From an uncultured Methanosarcinaceae archaeon (lineage in GTDB: Archaea; Halobacteriota; Methanosarcinia; Methanosarcinales; Methanosarcinaceae): a stretch of DNA of 64,000 bases. Position 1 is the stretch's first letter. Each line of letters opens with the position of its first letter. Below are positions 61,008-64,000 of this stretch, piece after piece. The translations under genes and the position numbers were made by a program. The notes beneath the pieces were generated by a model. It worked only from the letters and a program-made list of their open reading frames with translations, was not told the DNA's origin and searched no databases. Location of the stretch: assembly GCA_963721455.1 (NCBI GenBank), contig CAVRJG010000053.1:1-64000 (forward strand). Direction: 5' to 3'.

Positions 61008-63019
61008 AAACGGCTCTGGAAGACTTTGCATTTTTAATCCCCCTGCTTCCGGCACTGGCTTTTGTGATCACCTTCTTCTTCGGAAGGAAAATGTCATCCG
61101 GCGGGGCAATAGTCCCTATACTGGCAATTGCAGCCTCCTTCGTAATCTCTTTCATGATTACCCTCGGGCTGCTGGCAAATCCCGGAGAAGTCGTAAGCCA
61201 GTCATATTCCTGGTTCGCAGTGCTCAATATCGGAGTGTTAATTGATCCTCTGGCTGCAGTAATGCTGTCAATGGTCTCCTTCGTGAGCCTGCTGATCCAT
61301 ATCTACGCAGTTAGCTATATGTCCCATGACTCCGGGAAGCCCAGGTATTTTGCAGAAACCGCACTCTTTACAGCGGCAATGCTTTCCCTGATCCTCTCGG
61401 ACAACATTCTACAGCTCTTTGTTTCCTGGGAACTTGTAGGGCTGTGTTCCTATCTCCTGATCGGCTTCTGGTTCGAAAAACCCTCAGCCGCAGCTGCTGC
61501 CAAGAAAGCTTTCCTGACAACCAGGATTGGAGACGTGATGTTCCTTACAGGAATAATCGTGCTGACTTCCGATCTCCTGAAGCTTGCAGGCGGATTCCAG
61601 GACGGAACATACCTGCTCCGGTTTGATGAAATCTTCAGCTACATCCCGCAGCTTTCAGCTTTGCAGGCAAATATTTTCGGCTTTGAAATTAGCCACCTTA
61701 CCATTATCACCCTGCTCTTCTTCGGGGGAGCGATAGGAAAGTCCGGGCAGTTCCCGCTGCACGTGTGGCTGCCTGATGCAATGGAAGGCCCGACAACCGT
61801 CTCAGCTCTTATCCACGCAGCAACAATGGTTACTGCTGGTGTTTACCTGGTCGCAAGAACTTTCCCGATGTTTATTGCAGCCCCTCACTCCCTGATGGTC
61901 GTTGCTTACGTCGGAGGCTTTACCGCTCTCTTTGCAGGCACTATGGGCATTGTGATGAATGACCTCAAGCGTGTGCTTGCTTTCTCAACCATCAGCCAGC
62001 TTGGATACATGATGCTCGGCCTGGGTCTCGGTTCGGCAATAGGGATGGAAGCAGTCGGTGTATCCCTTTTCCACCTGATTAACCATGCTTTCTTCAAGGC
62101 TCTTCTTTTCCTCTGTGCAGGCAGTGTAATCCACGCAGTCGGCACTCAGGACATGAGGGAACTCGGAGGCGTAGGAAAGGTAATGCCAATTACTGCTGCC
62201 ACGATGACGATTGCAGCCCTGGCACTGGCAGGTTTCGGCATCCCCGGAACTTCGATAGGGACAAGCGGTTTCTTCTCAAAGGATGCAATTATTGAAGCTG
62301 CATACCTTTTCGGAGAACACAGCAACAACTGGATCCCCTACATGTTCTCAATTGCTGCCGCCTTCCTTACGTCCATTTACATCTTCAGGCTGATCTTCAT
62401 GACCTTTACAGGGAAGCCGAGAAGCAACTATCACGGGCATGAGTCCCCTGCCATTATGACCATTCCCCTCTCAATTCTGGCACTCTTTGCGCTCGTGTTC
62501 GGTGGGCTGACACAGACAGGATTTATGGATTTCCTTAAAGAGACCTTTGCCAACAGTTTCGTGAACCTTGATATAGGAAACCTTGCAGGCATAGGCAGAA
62601 ACGAGCTTGTAGAGGCAGCAGGACACGAGCCCCTTTTTATCCTGTGGCTTCCGTTAATAACCGCCGTTGCAGGTCTTGCAATTGCTTTTGTGATCTATTA
62701 TCTGAGGATAGTGAAACTCGGTCCGCTTGCTTCCATGAAGAACCCTATTTACAGGCTGCTCTACAAGCGTTACTATCAGCACGAAATCTATACCGAATTT
62801 TTCTCCCTCGGAATAGTGTACGGAGTTATTGCTTTCCTCGCGCAGTTCGTTGATGTGATCATTGACAGCATTGTGGAAGCAATCGCAATTATCACAGTTG
62901 GTGCAGGTGAAGAACTCCGGAGGATTCAAACCGGGGTTATCCAGACCTATGCAACTGCAGTAATTGCGGGTGTGAGCCTGCTGATAATACTTGTTAAGTT
63001 GATAATGGAGGTACTCTGA
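61001..63019 (+). CDS. fpoL: F420H2 dehydrogenase subunit L
   Basis: [46 protein letters not shown]. Confidence 0.97.
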   Translation: MVKTALEDFAFLIPLLPALAFVITFFFGRKMSSGGAIVPILAIAASFVISFMITLGLLANPGEVVSQSYSWFAVLNIGVLIDPLAAVMLSMVSFVSLLIHIYAVSYMSHDSGKPRYFAETALFTAAMLSLILSDNILQLFVSWELVGLCSYLLIGFWFEKPSAAAAAKKAFLTTRIGDVMFLTGIIVLTSDLLKLAGGFQDGTYLLRFDEIFSYIPQLSALQANIFGFEISHLTIITLLFFGGAIGKSGQFPLHVWLPDAMEGPTTVSALIHAATMVTAGVYLVARTFPMFIAAPHSLMVVAYVGGFTALFAGTMGIVMNDLKRVLAFSTISQLGYMMLGLGLGSAIGMEAVGVSLFHLINHAFFKALLFLCAGSVIHAVGTQDMRELGGVGKVMPITAATMTIAALALAGFGIPGTSIGTSGFFSKDAIIEAAYLFGEHSNNWIPYMFSIAAAFLTSIYIFRLIFMTFTGKPRSNYHGHESPAIMTIPLSILALFALVFGGLTQTGFMDFLKETFANSFVNLDIGNLAGIGRNELVEAAGHEPLFILWLPLITAVAGLAIAFVIYYLRIVKLGPLASMKNPIYRLLYKRYYQHEIYTEFFSLGIVYGVIAFLAQFVDVIIDSIVEAIAIITVGAGEELRRIQTGVIQTYATAVIAGVSLLIILVKLIMEVL

Positions 63020-64000
63020 TGCTGCCGGTCGCATCCTTGTTGATTCTGGTGCCGCTGATTTTCGCAGCAGTGACCTTTTTCACAAAAACGAAAGAACAGG
63101 CTGCAGGCCTGGGCTTTTTAGGGTCCCTCGTGACTCTGGGCCTTACCGTTTATGCCTACCTGAACTTTGACAGCAGTACTGCTGCAATGCAGTTCTTTGA
63201 ATCTGCAAAGTGGATTCCCTCTCTCGGGGCCAACTATACGGTTGGGATTGACGGCATTTCCATGCCCCTTATCCTGCTGAATGCAATAGTTATCCCGTTG
63301 CTGATCCTTTACAGCTGGAAGGAAGACAGGGAAGCTCCGAACAGGTTCTACGGGCTGATCCTTACCATGCAGGCTGCAGTTATAGGAGTCTTTGTAGCCC
63401 TTGATTTCCTGGTCTTCTATATCTTCTGGGAACTTACCCTGGTTCCTCTGTTCTTCATGGTAAATATCTGGGGAGGAGAAAAGCGGGCTCATGCGTCCTA
63501 CAAGTTCTTTATCTACACGCATGTTGCCTCTCTGGTAATGCTTCTGGGGATTTTCGGGCTTTTCTATGCCTCCTGGCAGCAGACAGGCGTTCCCACCTTC
63601 GATATAAGACAGCTTGTCGCACAGTTCCAGTTCATCGGATCCGGCCTGGTAAGGGACGCAATTTTCCTTTCGATTATTTTCGGGTTCCTGGCAAAGCTGC
63701 CGACCTTCCCCTTCCATTCCTGGCTGCCGGATGCTTATACCGAAGCCCCTACAGCAGGCAGTGTACTCTTCATCCTGCTCAAAATCGGAGGGTACGGACT
63801 TTTCAGGATCTCACTTCCCATGCTCCCGAACACTGGCAGCCCTGATCTGATGATCATGATGCTGGGCCTGCTCGGGTCCTTCAGTATAGTTTACGGGGCT
63901 CTTCTGGCTCTGAGACAGAAAGACCTCAAGCGTATGATTGCTTACTCCAGTTTGAGCCACATGGGCTATGTAGTCCTGGGTTCAGCCGGTTTCGTTGCCC
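63019..64000 (+). CDS. fpoM: F420H2 dehydrogenase subunit M (partial, runs off the window)
   Basis: ATG 63019 [12 protein letters not shown]..., GIDGIS, FYIFWE, KLPTFPFHSWLPDAY, DLKRMIAYSS. Confidence 0.95.
   Translation, partial: MLPVASLLILVPLIFAAVTFFTKTKEQAAGLGFLGSLVTLGLTVYAYLNFDSSTAAMQFFESAKWIPSLGANYTVGIDGISMPLILLNAIVIPLLILYSWKEDREAPNRFYGLILTMQAAVIGVFVALDFLVFYIFWELTLVPLFFMVNIWGGEKRAHASYKFFIYTHVASLVMLLGIFGLFYASWQQTGVPTFDIRQLVAQFQFIGSGLVRDAIFLSIIFGFLAKLPTFPFHSWLPDAYTEAPTAGSVLFILLKIGGYGLFRISLPMLPNTGSPDLMIMMLGLLGSFSIVYGALLALRQKDLKRMIAYSSLSHMGYVVLGSAGFVA

Overview
Chromosomal segment of a Methanosarcina-type methanogenic archaeon, identified from the fpo F420H2:phenazine oxidoreductase operon, cofC/cofH/cofH/cofG, geranylgeranyl reductases, thermosome, uvrABC and Methanosarcina-type IS elements. 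Bases 1.3-21.5 kb are an IS-saturated accessory region. It holds two IS66-family copies whose transposase has a conserved in-frame TAG (candidate pyrrolysine readthrough) and a nested IS1634/IS701/IS256/MITE stack whose right end truncates a core methionine synthase paralog. It also holds a decayed tyrosine integrase interrupted by a transposase-free TIR cassette carrying an isochorismatase-family gene, plus IS630 and ISH3-in-IS1634. The most striking unexplained structure is a 219-bp TIR-bounded element with a 4-bp target duplication (31605-31823) that contains two tandem integron attC-like sites and lies just upstream of GC-rich, bacteria-like SRPBCC genes. Other notable items: an apparent ATT start for cofG, a covarying GCGAAGC-hairpin dispersed repeat, a candidate UUGGGA-loop sRNA, IS200/IS605-type end remnants, and an iteron-like 5x21-bp array next to small virus/plasmid-like ORFs. 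No rRNA, tRNA or CRISPR array was seen. All coordinates were read by eye and family calls come from motif recognition, not database searches.
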